Origin: Iphione sp. A-MEVVRFRX5
Lineage: Eukaryota
Assembly (NCBI GenBank): GCA_976226885.1
Contig: OZ320315.1
Coordinates: 109,430,001 to 109,494,000, forward strand
DNA length: 64,000 nucleotides
Direction of reading: 5' to 3'
Shown here: positions 14,738 to 27,529 of the stretch, piece by piece
Numbering within the stretch: position 1 is the first letter of the stretch
How the letters are laid out: each line of letters starts with the position of its first letter
Notes under the pieces: generated by a model
What the model was told of the DNA's origin: nothing
Databases searched by the model: none
The model's input: the letters and a program-made list of their open reading frames with translations, nothing else
Program-made: the position numbers and the translations under genes

Positions 14738-14781
14738 TTTCACCCCTGAGGAAGGCCAACTAGATGCCGAAATGTCGGGAA
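14738..14781 (+). ncRNA. Minimal type-I hammerhead ribozyme motif (PLE-associated); also at 18226-18269 and 21714-21757
   Basis: TTTCACCC-CTGAGGA-A-GGC-CAACTAGAT-GCC-GAAA-TGTC-GGGAA: CUGANGA and GAAA cores, helix II GGC/GCC, helix I CCC/GGG, short helix III (ATGT instead of the usual palindromic ACGT), cleavage triplet GUC. Such motifs are established for Penelope pLTRs. Confidence 0.72.
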
Positions 14782-14846
14782 CTTTGTAACACAGGATAAA
14801 GGTGATGGTGTGTCATTAGAAATGGTGTTCCTAAAAGGGTACATAA

Positions 14847-15147
14847 TGTAGTGTGCGCATGTAATAAGAGCGTATAATGCTAGAAGGATGGTTGGTCCGT
14901 GAGAACGGTCCGTAACACAATCCGCGATCCGTGATAGGATACAGTCCGTGACGACTTCCGCACTGGTAGAGGTACTGCGTAGTAGGGGTACTTTGCAGAT
15001 TGTTTATTTGCTACGCATAAAGCAGACGTCTAGACATCCTATTTTTAGTAACTCTTATGTAATGCTGTCATATATAAACCCATGTTTTCTGGAATAAACA
15101 GACCCTTTCTCTTTGCTCGCTAGAGAGAGACCATTCCATGCACAACA
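14847..15147 (+). mobile_element. 301-bp LTR-like dispersed repeat inside the cargo (also in units 2 and 3)
   Basis: TGTAGTG...CACAACA ends and an AATAAA near the 3' end; a diverged copy of the same length lies at 51529-51827 (-). No TSD found. Confidence 0.45.
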
Positions 15148-15836
15148 ATTTAGTGTATATTGGAGTGAAACTTATATTCTACTTTTGTCAAGATTATTTT
15201 ACTCAAATCCGTTGACTTCTTATTTCTCTCTAAGCTAGTCACGTTACAATTGTATAATGTTTGAACCAAGTATAAATGCATAGCCACTGCACAATAAGGT
15301 AACGTTATGGTAGTATGAGATAACATTATTCCATAATATTCAGATAACACTCTAGCACAAGGGGTACTGGGATAATGTTATATTATATGGTTTATTGGTT
15401 CATCTATAGTGTACAGATAGAAATACTTGAACTAAAGCCTTACTACGAAGTACTATAAGTGGTGAAAAAAACTTTTGATGAGCAGGTACTCATGTTCTTT
15501 GTATCAATGTTAAGCAGAACTAGTCTTATAAAACAGTGTAAAGCCATAATAAAGAATAAACATAAAAAGACTTACCCTAGTAGGATCTCAACTCATAACA
15601 AGGGAAATGATTTGATAACTCTGATAGAGAAATAGATTTGCATTCTTCTTGCTGTGCAATAACTGAAGTTCTCATCATTAGGAAAAGGAGAACTACCACA
15701 AAATAAATGAGAACACAAAGATATATATATCATGTGGCCACACAGAAGGGAAGAGTTGGATAAGTTCATAAACCACCTATAAGTAAGAGATCCAAACATC
15801 ACCTTTTCCTGCTAACATTTCAACAATAAAGCAACT

Positions 15837-17066
15837 CTTACGAAACTAGTATTAACAAACAACACCCTAAAATTTGAAAACAAAGTGTATCTGCAAACCC
15901 GGGGCACAGCCATGGGAACCAAAATGGCCCCCATCTATGCCAACATATTCATAGACCATCTAAAAAGAAAACTAATTGAACAAGGAAACATTCGACCGAG
16001 AATCTGGATGTGATTTATAGATGACATATTTGCAATCTATAGATGCACAGAAGATGAACTTATAGAGACCTTGAATCAATACAACAATTACCACCAAACC
16101 ATCAAATTCACATTTGAACACAGCACGAAAGAAGTCCATTATCTTGATACAACCATCTATGTAGATAACAATATGTGTTAACAAAGCAAGTTGTACACCA
16201 AACCCACAGACTCACACCAATACCTACATTATTCATCATATCACCCCAGACATCAAAAAAGGTCTACAGCATACTCAAAGGCAGTGTGGATCAGAATGAT
16301 CTGCAGCGAATACAGTGAATTCAACAAATCTAGCCAAGATCTGCTAAAATACCTTACCCTCCAAAATCACCCACATAGACACACAAAGCATGAAATGAAC
16401 TGGGCTAGAACAATAGACAGAGAAAGCTTGTTCCGACAAACAGTCAAACAAAACAAGGAGATCATCCCCTTTGTGATACAATACAACCCGCACAACACTA
16501 GGGTTCTAACACACCTATGCACAGCACAAAATTACCACACAGAGATCCCTGAGGACTCCAATTTCAACAAAGAAAAAATGATGATTGTTTATAAGCGAAG
16601 TAGCCACTTACGGGACATACTCACAGCATCTGAATTTCCAAGAACAAACACAAGACACTGATGTTCAACCTGCATGAGGATGTCATGCAGAATTTGCCCT
16701 CAGATCATCACCACAACATACGTCCGCTTGAGTGACAAAAGAAAGAAAATATTTGGATAAAATACCTGCATCACAAACAATGTGATATACAGCATCACCT
16801 GCCCAGTCTGTGGCCTACATTATATAGGAGAAACTGGACAGTCAATGTGAGAATAACTGTGCGAACACAAGTACCAAATACAGATCAGAAATCATGACTT
16901 ACTGGTCACCCAACACTGCATTGACGATGATGTACAGTCCCATGAAATCGTATGCACCATCTTAAACAATTCAGCATGAGATAAAAATGAACGACCACAG
17001 TTGGAGGAAGCATGGATTAGGAATCTTTCAACACCACATCTGCATGGACTGAACTTAAAACTTTAA
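15837..17066 (+). mobile_element. Penelope-like element (Neptune-like) RT plus Cys linker plus GIY-YIG endonuclease, pseudogenised, copy 1
   Basis: One frame with internal stops: YLQTRGTAMGTKMAPIYANIF, WM*FIDDIF, TIKFTFE, LYTKPTDSHQYLHYSSYHP, CSTC..SCRIC linker, NVIYSITCPVCGLHYIGETG (GIY-YIG), EAWI..L...GLN. Confidence 0.9.
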
Positions 17067-19324
17067 ACACTGTGACATAACGGTGTTACTAGGAGTGGTC
17101 GTTACGTCATGACATCACCTTGAACATTGCAGAAGCTGCACTAACAAGCACCTCAGTATGAGAAAATATGCCTACGGTGCCTTCGTGGCAGCCTCATCAA
17201 AACTACAACAACCCTAACCGCAATCAAACGAGATGGCAGACAACAGCAACAGCAACAACATCCAGTGTGGCTTATTTACACATTGGGTCACAAGTAACCG
17301 AGTACTCCTCCTTCATTTAAATAAGAAGCACCATGAACCAAAGAAAACACCGGGGGTATGGGGTAAGTACCTGTGTTACCTGTGTACTAACTCATACACA
17401 TGATACGGTTCTCTTAAATGACATTCATGTAAAACACATAACTAAGATCATCCGATACCAACTGTGATCCTGGGACCATAATTACACCAAAAAAGACCTA
17501 CTAAACTAAAAAAGACCTACACCATGGAGGGACGACAAAATCAACCCAACAAATGTTAGATTCTGTATCAAATACTTGAATCGCTCTTCTAGGGACAGCC
17601 CATCCACCTGGAAAACTGGAGACAACATACCATACAGCAGGTTACCCATAGGAGAGATCGTCGCGATGTATCGCGATCGCACGTTTTCGTAAATCTAAGG
17701 CACTAGATATCATTTAAGAGCAAAACCAATGCAACAGCAGTGTAGAGGAGGTTCTTAGCTTCATTTTGGTATAAAGCACTTCTTTCTAGGACCATTTTAA
17801 AGGTATGTGATGAGTTAATATGTTCACTCACCTCAGACAAGTGGCTCCTAACTCCACAACTGTTTTTCAAGGTATGCTGTTGTTGAATTTGAATGACATG
17901 TTTTTCTTTCTTTCACTGATCTCAGGAATACCTTAATAGGGAGTTAAGTAATTCTACTAATAATACTAATATATTTTATGGTTGTATATGTATTGATTTC
18001 CCTGAAATAGTGTGCTTTTAGATTCTGTCACTTTGCTTTTAAAATAACTGTTGTAGTGAGACCTAAAGGACGATTTGACAAGTGTGTGACATGTTTATGA
18101 CAAGGCAATATTGTCAGTTTGACTATACCATTGTCATTCATCATTTAGATTGTCAAAAACTCAATGACAACCCTAAAAATTGTCATATAGACAATGCCAG
18201 GACAAGTTAATTTTTTCAGTGTACATTTCACCCCTGAGGAAGGCCAACTAGATGCCGAAATGTCGGGAACTTTGTAACACAGGATAAAGGTGATGGTGTG
18301 TCATTAGAAATGGTGTTCCTAAAAGGGTACATAATGTAGTGTGCGCATGTAATAAGAGCGTATAATGCTAGAAGGATGGTTGGTCCGTGAGAACGGTCCG
18401 TAACACAATCCGCGATCCGTGATAGGATACAGTCCGTGACGACTTCCGCACTGGTAGAGGTACTGCGTAGTAGGGGTACTTTGCAGATTGTTTATTTGCT
18501 ACGCATAAAGCAGACGTCTAGACATCCTATTTTTAGTAACTCTTATGTAATGCTGTCATATATAAACCCATGTTTTCTGGAATAAACAGACCCTTTCTCT
18601 TTGCTCGCTAGAGAGAGACCATTCCATGCACAACAATTTAGTGTATATTGGAGTGAAACTTATATTCTACTTTTGTCAAGATTATTTTACTCAAATCCGT
18701 TGACTTCTTATTTCTCTCTAAGCTAGTCACGTTACAATTGTATAATGTTTGAACCAAGTATAAATGCATAGCCACTGCACAATAAGGTAACGTTATGGTA
18801 GTATGAGATAACATTATTCCATAATATTCAGATAACACTCTAGCACAAGGGGTACTGGGATAATGTTATATTATATGGTTTATTGGTTCATCTATAGTGT
18901 ACAGATAGAAATACTTGAACTAAAGCCTTACTACGAAGTACTATAAGTGGTGAAAAAAACTTTTGATGAGCAGGTACTCATGTTCTTTGTATCAATGTTA
19001 AGCAGAACTAGTCTTATAAAACAGTGTAAAGCCATAATAAAGAATAAACATAAAAAGACTTACCCTAGTAGGATCTCAACTCATAACAAGGGAAATGATT
19101 TGATAACTCTGATAGAGAAATAGATTTGCATTCTTCTTGCTGTGCAATAACTGAAGTTCTCATCATTAGGAAAAGGAGAACTACCACAAAATAAATGAGA
19201 ACACAAAGATATATATATCATGTGGCCACACAGAAGGGAAGAGTTGGATAAGTTCATAAACCACCTATAAGTAAGAGATCCAAACATCACCTTTTCCTGC
19301 TAACATTTCAACAATAAAGCAACT

Positions 19325-20554
19325 CTTACGAAACTAGTATTAACAAACAACACCCTAAAATTTGAAAACAAAGTGTATCTGCAAACCCGGGGCACAGCCA
19401 TGGGAACCAAAATGGCCCCCATCTATGCCAACATATTCATAGACCATCTAAAAAGAAAACTAATTGAACAAGGAAACATTCGACCGAGAATCTGGATGTG
19501 ATTTATAGATGACATATTTGCAATCTATAGATGCACAGAAGATGAACTTATAGAGACCTTGAATCAATACAACAATTACCACCAAACCATCAAATTCACA
19601 TTTGAACACAGCACGAAAGAAGTCCATTATCTTGATACAACCATCTATGTAGATAACAATATGTGTTAACAAAGCAAGTTGTACACCAAACCCACAGACT
19701 CACACCAATACCTACATTATTCATCATATCACCCCAGACATCAAAAAAGGTCTACAGCATACTCAAAGGCAGTGTGGATCAGAATGATCTGCAGCGAATA
19801 CAGTGAATTCAACAAATCTAGCCAAGATCTGCTAAAATACCTTACCCTCCAAAATCACCCACATAGACACACAAAGCATGAAATGAACTGGGCTAGAACA
19901 ATAGACAGAGAAAGCTTGTTCCGACAAACAGTCAAACAAAACAAGGAGATCATCCCCTTTGTGATACAATACAACCCGCACAACACTAGGGTTCTAACAC
20001 ACCTATGCACAGCACAAAATTACCACACAGAGATCCCTGAGGACTCCAATTTCAACAAAGAAAAAATGATGATTGTTTATAAGCGAAGTAGCCACTTACG
20101 GGACATACTCACAGCATCTGAATTTCCAAGAACAAACACAAGACACTGATGTTCAACCTGCATGAGGATGTCATGCAGAATTTGCCCTCAGATCATCACC
20201 ACAACATACGTCCGCTTGAGTGACAAAAGAAAGAAAATATTTGGATAAAATACCTGCATCACAAACAATGTGATATACAGCATCACCTGCCCAGTCTGTG
20301 GCCTACATTATATAGGAGAAACTGGACAGTCAATGTGAGAATAACTGTGCGAACACAAGTACCAAATACAGATCAGAAATCATGACTTACTGGTCACCCA
20401 ACACTGCATTGACGATGATGTACAGTCCCATGAAATCGTATGCACCATCTTAAACAATTCAGCATGAGATAAAAATGAACGACCACAGTTGGAGGAAGCA
20501 TGGATTAGGAATCTTTCAACACCACATCTGCATGGACTGAACTTAAAACTTTAA
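19325..20554 (+). mobile_element. Penelope-like RT-GIY-YIG pseudogene, copy 2
   Basis: Copy 1 shifted by +3488, with the same stops. Confidence 0.9.
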
Positions 20555-22812
20555 ACACTGTGACATAACGGTGTTACTAGGAGTGGTCGTTACGTCATGA
20601 CATCACCTTGAACATTGCAGAAGCTGCACTAACAAGCACCTCAGTATGAGAAAATATGCCTACGGTGCCTTCGTGGCAGCCTCATCAAAACTACAACAAC
20701 CCTAACCGCAATCAAACGAGATGGCAGACAACAGCAACAGCAACAACATCCAGTGTGGCTTATTTACACATTGGGTCACAAGTAACCGAGTACTCCTCCT
20801 TCATTTAAATAAGAAGCACCATGAACCAAAGAAAACACCGGGGGTATGGGGTAAGTACCTGTGTTACCTGTGTACTAACTCATACACATGATACGGTTCT
20901 CTTAAATGACATTCATGTAAAACACATAACTAAGATCATCCGATACCAACTGTGATCCTGGGACCATAATTACACCAAAAAAGACCTACTAAACTAAAAA
21001 AGACCTACACCATGGAGGGACGACAAAATCAACCCAACAAATGTTAGATTCTGTATCAAATACTTGAATCGCTCTTCTAGGGACAGCCCATCCACCTGGA
21101 AAACTGGAGACAACATACCATACAGCAGGTTACCCATAGGAGAGATCGTCGCGATGTATCGTGATCGCACGTTTTCGTAAATCTAAGGCACTAGATATCA
21201 TTTAAGAGCAAAACCAATGCAACAGCAGTGTAGAGGAGGTTCTTAGCTTCATTTTGGTATAAAGCACTTCTTTCTAGGACCATTTTAAAGGTATGTGATG
21301 AGTTAATATGTTCACTCACCTCAGACAAGTGGCTCCTAACTCCACAACTGTTTTTCAAGGTATGCTGTTGTTGAATTTGAATGACATGTTTTTCTTTCTT
21401 TCACTGATCTCAGGAATACCTTAATAGGGAGTTAAGTAATTCTACTAATAATACTAATATATTTTATGGTTGTATATGTATTGATTTCCCTGAAATAGTG
21501 TGCTTTTAGATTCTGTCACTTTGCTTTTAAAATAACTGTTGTAGTGAGACCTAAAGGACGATTTGACAAGTGTGTGACATGTTTATGACAAGGCAATATT
21601 GTCAGTTTGACTATACCATTGTCATTCATCATTTAGATTGTCAAAAACTCAATGACAACCCTAAAAATTGTCATATAGACAATGCCAGGACAAGTTAATT
21701 TTTTCAGTGTACATTTCACCCCTGAGGAAGGCCAACTAGATGCCGAAATGTCGGGAACTTTGTAACACAGGATAAAGGTGATGGTGTGTCATTAGAAATG
21801 GTGTTCCTAAAAGGGTACATAATGTAGTGTGCGCATGTAATAAGAGCGTATAATGCTAGAAGGATGGTTGGTCCGTGAGAACGGTCCGTAACACAATCCG
21901 CGATCCGTGATAGGATACAGTCCGTGACGACTTCCGCACTGGTAGAGGTACTGCGTAGTAGGGGTACTTTGCAGATTGTTTATTTGCTACGCATAAAGCA
22001 GACGTCTAGACATCCTATTTTTAGTAACTCTTATGTAATGCTGTCATATATAAACCCATGTTTTCTGGAATAAACAGACCCTTTCTCTTTGCTCACTAGA
22101 GAGAGACCATTCCATGCACAACAATTTAGTGTATATTGGAGTGAAACTTATATTCTACTTTTGTCAAGATTATTTTACTCAAATCCGTTGACTTCTTATT
22201 TCTCTCTAAGCTAGTCACGTTACAATTGTATAATGTTTGAACCAAGTATAAATGCATAGCCACTGCACAATAAGGTAACGTTATGGTAGTATGAGATAAC
22301 ATTATTCCATAATATTCAGATAACACTCTAGCACAAGGGGTACTGGGATAATGTTATATTATATGGTTTATTGGTTCATCTATAGTGTACAGATAGAAAT
22401 ACTTGAACTAAAGCCTTACTACGAAGTACTATAAGTGGTGAAAAAAACTTTTGATGAGCAGGTACTCATGTTCTTTGTATCAATGTTAAGCAGAACTAGT
22501 CTTATAAAACAGTGTAAAGCCATAATAAAGAATAAACATAAAAAGACTTACCCTAGTAGGATCTCAACTCATAACAAGGGAAATGATTTGATAACTCTGA
22601 TAGAGAAATAGATTTGCATTCTTCTTGCTGTGCAATAACTGAAGTTCTCATCATTAGGAAAAGGAGAACTACCACAAAATAAATGAGAACACAAAGATAT
22701 ATATATCATGTGGCCACACAGAAGGGAAGAGTTGGATAAGTTCATAAACCACCTATAAGTAAGAGATCCAAACATCACCTTTTCCTGCTAACATTTCAAC
22801 AATAAAGCAACT

Positions 22813-24042
22813 CTTACGAAACTAGTATTAACAAACAACACCCTAAAATTTGAAAACAAAGTGTATCTGCAAACCCGGGGCACAGCCATGGGAACCAAAA
22901 TGGCCCCCATCTATGCCAACATATTCATAGACCATCTAAAAAGAAAACTAATTGAACAAGGAAACATTCGACCGAGAATCTGGATGTGATTTATAGATGA
23001 CATATTTGCAATCTATAGATGCACAGAAGATGAACTTATAGAGACCTTGAATCAATACAACAATTACCACCAAACCATCAAATTCACATTTGAACACAGC
23101 ACGAAAGAAGTCCATTATCTTGATACAACCATCTATGTAGATAACAATATGTGTTAACAAAGCAAGTTGTACACCAAACCCACAGACTCACACCAATACC
23201 TACATTATTCATCATATCACCCCAGACATCAAAAAAGGTCTACAGCATACTCAAAGGCAGTGTGGATCAGAATGATCTGCAGCGAATACAGTGAATTCAA
23301 CAAATCTAGCCAAGATCTGCTAAAATACCTTACCCTCCAAAATCACCCACATAGACACACAAAGCATGAAATGAACTGGGCTAGAACAATAGACAGAGAA
23401 AGCTTGTTCCGACAAACAGTCAAACAAAACAAGGAGATCATCCCCTTTGTGATACAATACAACCCGCACAACACTAGGGTTCTAACACACCTATGCACAG
23501 CACAAAATTACCACACAGAGATCCCTGAGGACTCCAATTTCAACAAAGAAAAAATGATGATTGTTTATAAGCGAAGTAGCCACTTACGGGACATACTCAC
23601 AGCATCTGAATTTCCAAGAACAAACACAAGACACTGATGTTCAACCTGCATGAGGATGTCATGCAGAATTTGCCCTCAGATCATCACCACAACATACGTC
23701 CGCTTGAGTGACAAAAGAAAGAAAATATTTGGATAAAATACCTGCATCACAAACAATGTGATATACAGCATCACCTGCCCAGTCTGTGGCCTACATTATA
23801 TAGGAGAAACTGGACAGTCAATGTGAGAATAACTGTGCGAACACAAGTACCAAATACAGATCAGAAATCATGACTTACTGGTCACCCAACACTGCATTGA
23901 CGATGATGTACAGTCCCATGAAATCGTATGCACCATCTTAAACAATTCAGCATGAGATAAAAATGAACGACCACAGTTGGAGGAAGCATGGATTAGGAAT
24001 CTTTCAACACCACATCTGCATGGACTGAACTTAAAACTTTAA
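22813..24042 (+). mobile_element. Penelope-like RT-GIY-YIG pseudogene, copy 3
   Basis: Copy 1 shifted by +6976, with the same stops. Confidence 0.9.
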
Positions 24043-25199
24043 ACACTGTGACATAACGGTGTTACTAGGAGTGGTCGTTACGTCATGACATCACCTTGAA
24101 CATTGCAGAAGCTGCACTAACAAGCACCTCAGTATGAGAAAATATGCCTACGGTGCCTTCGTGGCAGCCTCATCAAAACTACAACAACCCTAACCGCAAT
24201 CAAACGAGATGGCAGACAACAGCAACAGCAACAACATCCAGTGTGGCTTATTTACACATTGGGTCACAAGTAACCGAGTACTCCTCCTTCATTTAAATAA
24301 GAAGCACCATGAACCAAAGAAAACACCGGGGGTATGGGGTAAGTACCTGTGTTACCTGTGTACTAACTCATACACATGATACGGTTCTCTTAAATGACAT
24401 TCATGTAAAACACATAACTAAGATCATCCGATACCAACTGTGATCCTGGGACCATAATTACACCAAAAAAGACCTACTAAACTAAAAAAGACCTACACCA
24501 TGGAGGGACGACAAAATCAACCCAACAAATGTTAGATTCTGTATCAAATACTTGAATCGCTCTTCTAGGGACAGCCCATCCACCTGGAAAACTGGAGACA
24601 ACATACCATACAGCAGGTTACCCATAGGAGAGATCGTCGCGATGTATCGCGATCGCACGTTTTCGTAAATCTAAGGCACTAGATATCATTTAAGAGCAAA
24701 ACCAATGCAACAGCAGTGTAGAGGAGGTTCTTAGCTTCATTTTGGTATAAAGCACTTCTTTCTAGGACCATTTTAAAGGTATGTGATGAGTTAATATGTT
24801 CACTCACCTCAGACAAGTGGCTCCTAACTCCACAACTGTTTTTCAAGGTATGCTGTTGTTGAATTTGAATGACATGTTTTTCTTTCTTTCACTGATCTCA
24901 GGAATACCTTAATAGGGAGTTAAGTAATTCTACTAATAATACTAATATATTTTATGGTTGTATATGTATTGATTTCCCTGAAATAGTGTGCTTTTAGATT
25001 CTGTCACTTTGCTTTTAAAATAACTGTTGTAGTGAGACCTAAAGGACGATTTGACAAGTGTGTGACATGTTTATGACAAGGCAATATTGTCAGTTTGACT
25101 ATACCATTGTCATTCATCATTTAGATTGTCAAAAACTCAATGACAACCCTAAAAATTGTCATATAGACAATGCCAGGACAAGTTAATTTTTTCAGTGTA

Positions 25200-26497
25200 G
25201 TATTCTGTTGAAAAAATTATATGGAATGGGTATTAAAGACCAAATAGTATGGTTTGCAAGCTATCTAAAAAATAGATCGATCCAAACTTATGGTAATGGC
25301 TATATTAGTGAAAAAGCATTAATTAACTGTGGAGTCCCTCAGGGGTCCACACTTGGACCGATTCTCTTTGCAATTTTTATTAATGATCTACCAATTAAAT
25401 TGGGAATTACTAACACACTTTTATATGCAGATGACACTGTGTCTTTTGTCACTGGGACGACAGTGACTCAGGTGCAAGAAAAATTGCAAATACTATGTGA
25501 TAAACTATTTTTATGGTTCAAAGAGAACAAAATTTGTATCAATGTCAAAAAGACTTAAATAGTAGTGTTTAACTACAAAGACAATGGTGGAATATATAAG
25601 AATATGGGATGTCATCTTGGAAATAGCCAACTTGAAATAGTTGACAAGTACAATTATTTGGGAGTAGTAATGGACGAACGTTTAAGTTTTAAGATATTCT
25701 TAAAGTCGAAAATTAATAGTATCTCCTGGAAACTATGGTATCTATACAAAATCAGGGAATATATTCCAAGAACAATGATGTGTCTGTTAATTAAAACGTT
25801 TATTGTTCCAGTACTTGAATATGGAATAATATTGTGTTCAGCAAAAAACAAAATTCTGGTTAGATTGGTTAACACTTTTGGGTATCGGACAAGCAAAATT
25901 CTGGGAATATTGAAGAAAGATATATATGGTATGTTAAATATGCAAGATATTTTTTGTTGGCGTGAAATTCAACTTGTATGTTTAATGTGGTCGGAACAAA
26001 GTAAATATACCCCACTGAGCACGAGAAGTAGCGTTAGATCTAGCAAGCAACATATGGTTAAGAATCCTAGGGTGCATATGGAAAAATTTCGACATTCGCC
26101 CATGTACAATAGTATATTCATATGGAACAGTCTTCCAAACTGGGTGGTAAATACTGACAAATTGAGGATATTGAAAACAAATCTTAAAAAGCACTATGAA
26201 AAATTCAGGAGAGAAAACTTTAAAGTTGTCTAAAGTTGTCTAATCAAGGTAACAAACATTATATTGATGAGTTGTGTAGTTATCTTAACTACTATGGTTG
26301 TCAAGTTTTTTATTGTCAATTTTTATTTAAATTATTAATGTTTGAACTATGTCTTTTATTAATGAAACTTTCAACTTAAATCTATGTGCTTATAATTTGG
26401 AGAGTTACCTAAGTAATATCTCATTGCTTTAACTATACAAATTGCCTATGCATAACTACAGAGGATATGGTTATATTCATTTCATTTCATCTCATAA
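25200..26497 (+). mobile_element. CR1/L2-type LINE ORF2, 3' half (RT core to 3' end)
   Basis: GVPQGSTLGPILFAIFINDL, LYADDT, YNYLGV; one in-frame stop at 25556-25558. Joins the 5' half in frame (VNH|SILLKKL) when 13818-25199 is removed. A (CATTT)n-like run near 26478-26497 is a tentative 3' tail. Confidence 0.85.
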
Positions 26498-26859
26498 TGT
26501 TCGTGTACAAAGATCTGAAGACCAATGTACAAAAAATTGTATGTCTCACCCTTCAGAAATAAACATGCAAATACAAATACAAAAATACAGAATATACCTA
26601 ATATATACATGTGTATTAAATATAAAGGGAATCAACCCAGACATCACCCTGGTAGGTCTTCAGAGTTCTGACAGGAGACAAATGTCAGCCAATTTCTCTA
26701 TTATCTTTTAGTTGTGCTCCTCTATTATGATGTCACAATTAGTAAAAAAAATCCATCCGTGCCACAAGTTGTTTCAACCTTTTGGCAACATTTCTTATTG
26801 GCAAGAATTTGTTGAAGAAAGGTTATTTCCTGCTATTAGGGAAGGCCAAAGGTGATTAT

Positions 26860-27330
26860 ATAAGGTAGGAAGTCGAAGAATGCAATTAAATATCCGAAAT
26901 TTCTTGGGATCAATTAACACTGAACCAATAGTTTTCAAAGATAACAATGGTGACAATATTGATAATCAAACTCTGTCAAATATATAAATAGTCATTATGT
27001 GAGTATAGAGAGATAATCAGAGAAAAAGCTGGACTAAAAGATATGTACTCGTATCACTGTGGAATGTAATACATCACTGCTTAAGGCAGGTAAAGAGAGA
27101 AAGTATGTGAAGTTAGTATCCAGATTTAAGAATGAGAAGCCATCTGGGCTGCTCAATCTAAACACTATGGTGACCAAGATGACTTCCTGGAAGAAGCAAG
27201 TAAAAAAGTTAGATCAATATCATTCGCCACAAATACGTTTCTTAATGACCTCAAAGCAACCACAGTCACTCCTATACATAAGGGAGGGTCAAAAGCTATG
27301 GTGCCTAATTACCATCCAGTGGAAATGACC
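26860..27330 (+). mobile_element. Degraded CR1/L2-type LINE RT N-terminal fragment
   Basis: KLVSRFKNEKPSGLLNLNT, and in another frame FLNDLKATTVTPIHKGGSKAMVPNYHPV (compare KVTPIHKGG...NYRPIS). Confidence 0.6.
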
Positions 27331-27529
27331 CTATGTAGTTGCAGACCAACCAGACATCATAGTTGTCTGCAAGCACAATCATTAAACTCACAAGTGTAAA
27401 AGTAAGCTATCGTATTGGTGAATTGGTTTACAGAGGTCGGATAATTTCATTTTGTTTGAGATCCCTTACTAATGTTTTACATTGTTTAACATTACTTTCA
27501 TTCTGGTATCTTAATAAATATTTTTTTGC

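Larger units (their letters stand above)
13818..25197. mobile_element. Composite non-autonomous TIR DNA transposon array (EnSpm/CACTA-like ends) carrying Penelope cargo
   Basis: Starts CACTGAAAAAA (13818) and ends TTTTTTCAGTG (25197), flanked by TA at 13816-17 and 25198-99. Imperfect TIR of about 55 bp with many subterminal TGACAA/TTGTCA motifs. CACT-type ends, short TSD and subterminal repeats are CACTA/EnSpm hallmarks. No transposase ORF seen, so the superfamily call is an inference. Confidence 0.8.
14736..25199 (+). repeat. Three tandem copies of a 3488-bp unit (Penelope cargo plus right arm plus TA)
   Basis: Units 14736-18223, 18224-21711, 21712-25199; the ORF track repeats at +3488. The only differences I noticed are C>T at 21162 and G>A at 22095. 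Confidence 0.97.

Noticed and set aside
14736-25199. The 3488-bp triplication as a pure assembly artefact
   Set aside because: Unit boundaries fall exactly on TIR plus TA, and two unit-specific CpG-type variants exist. The exact copy number still needs long reads.
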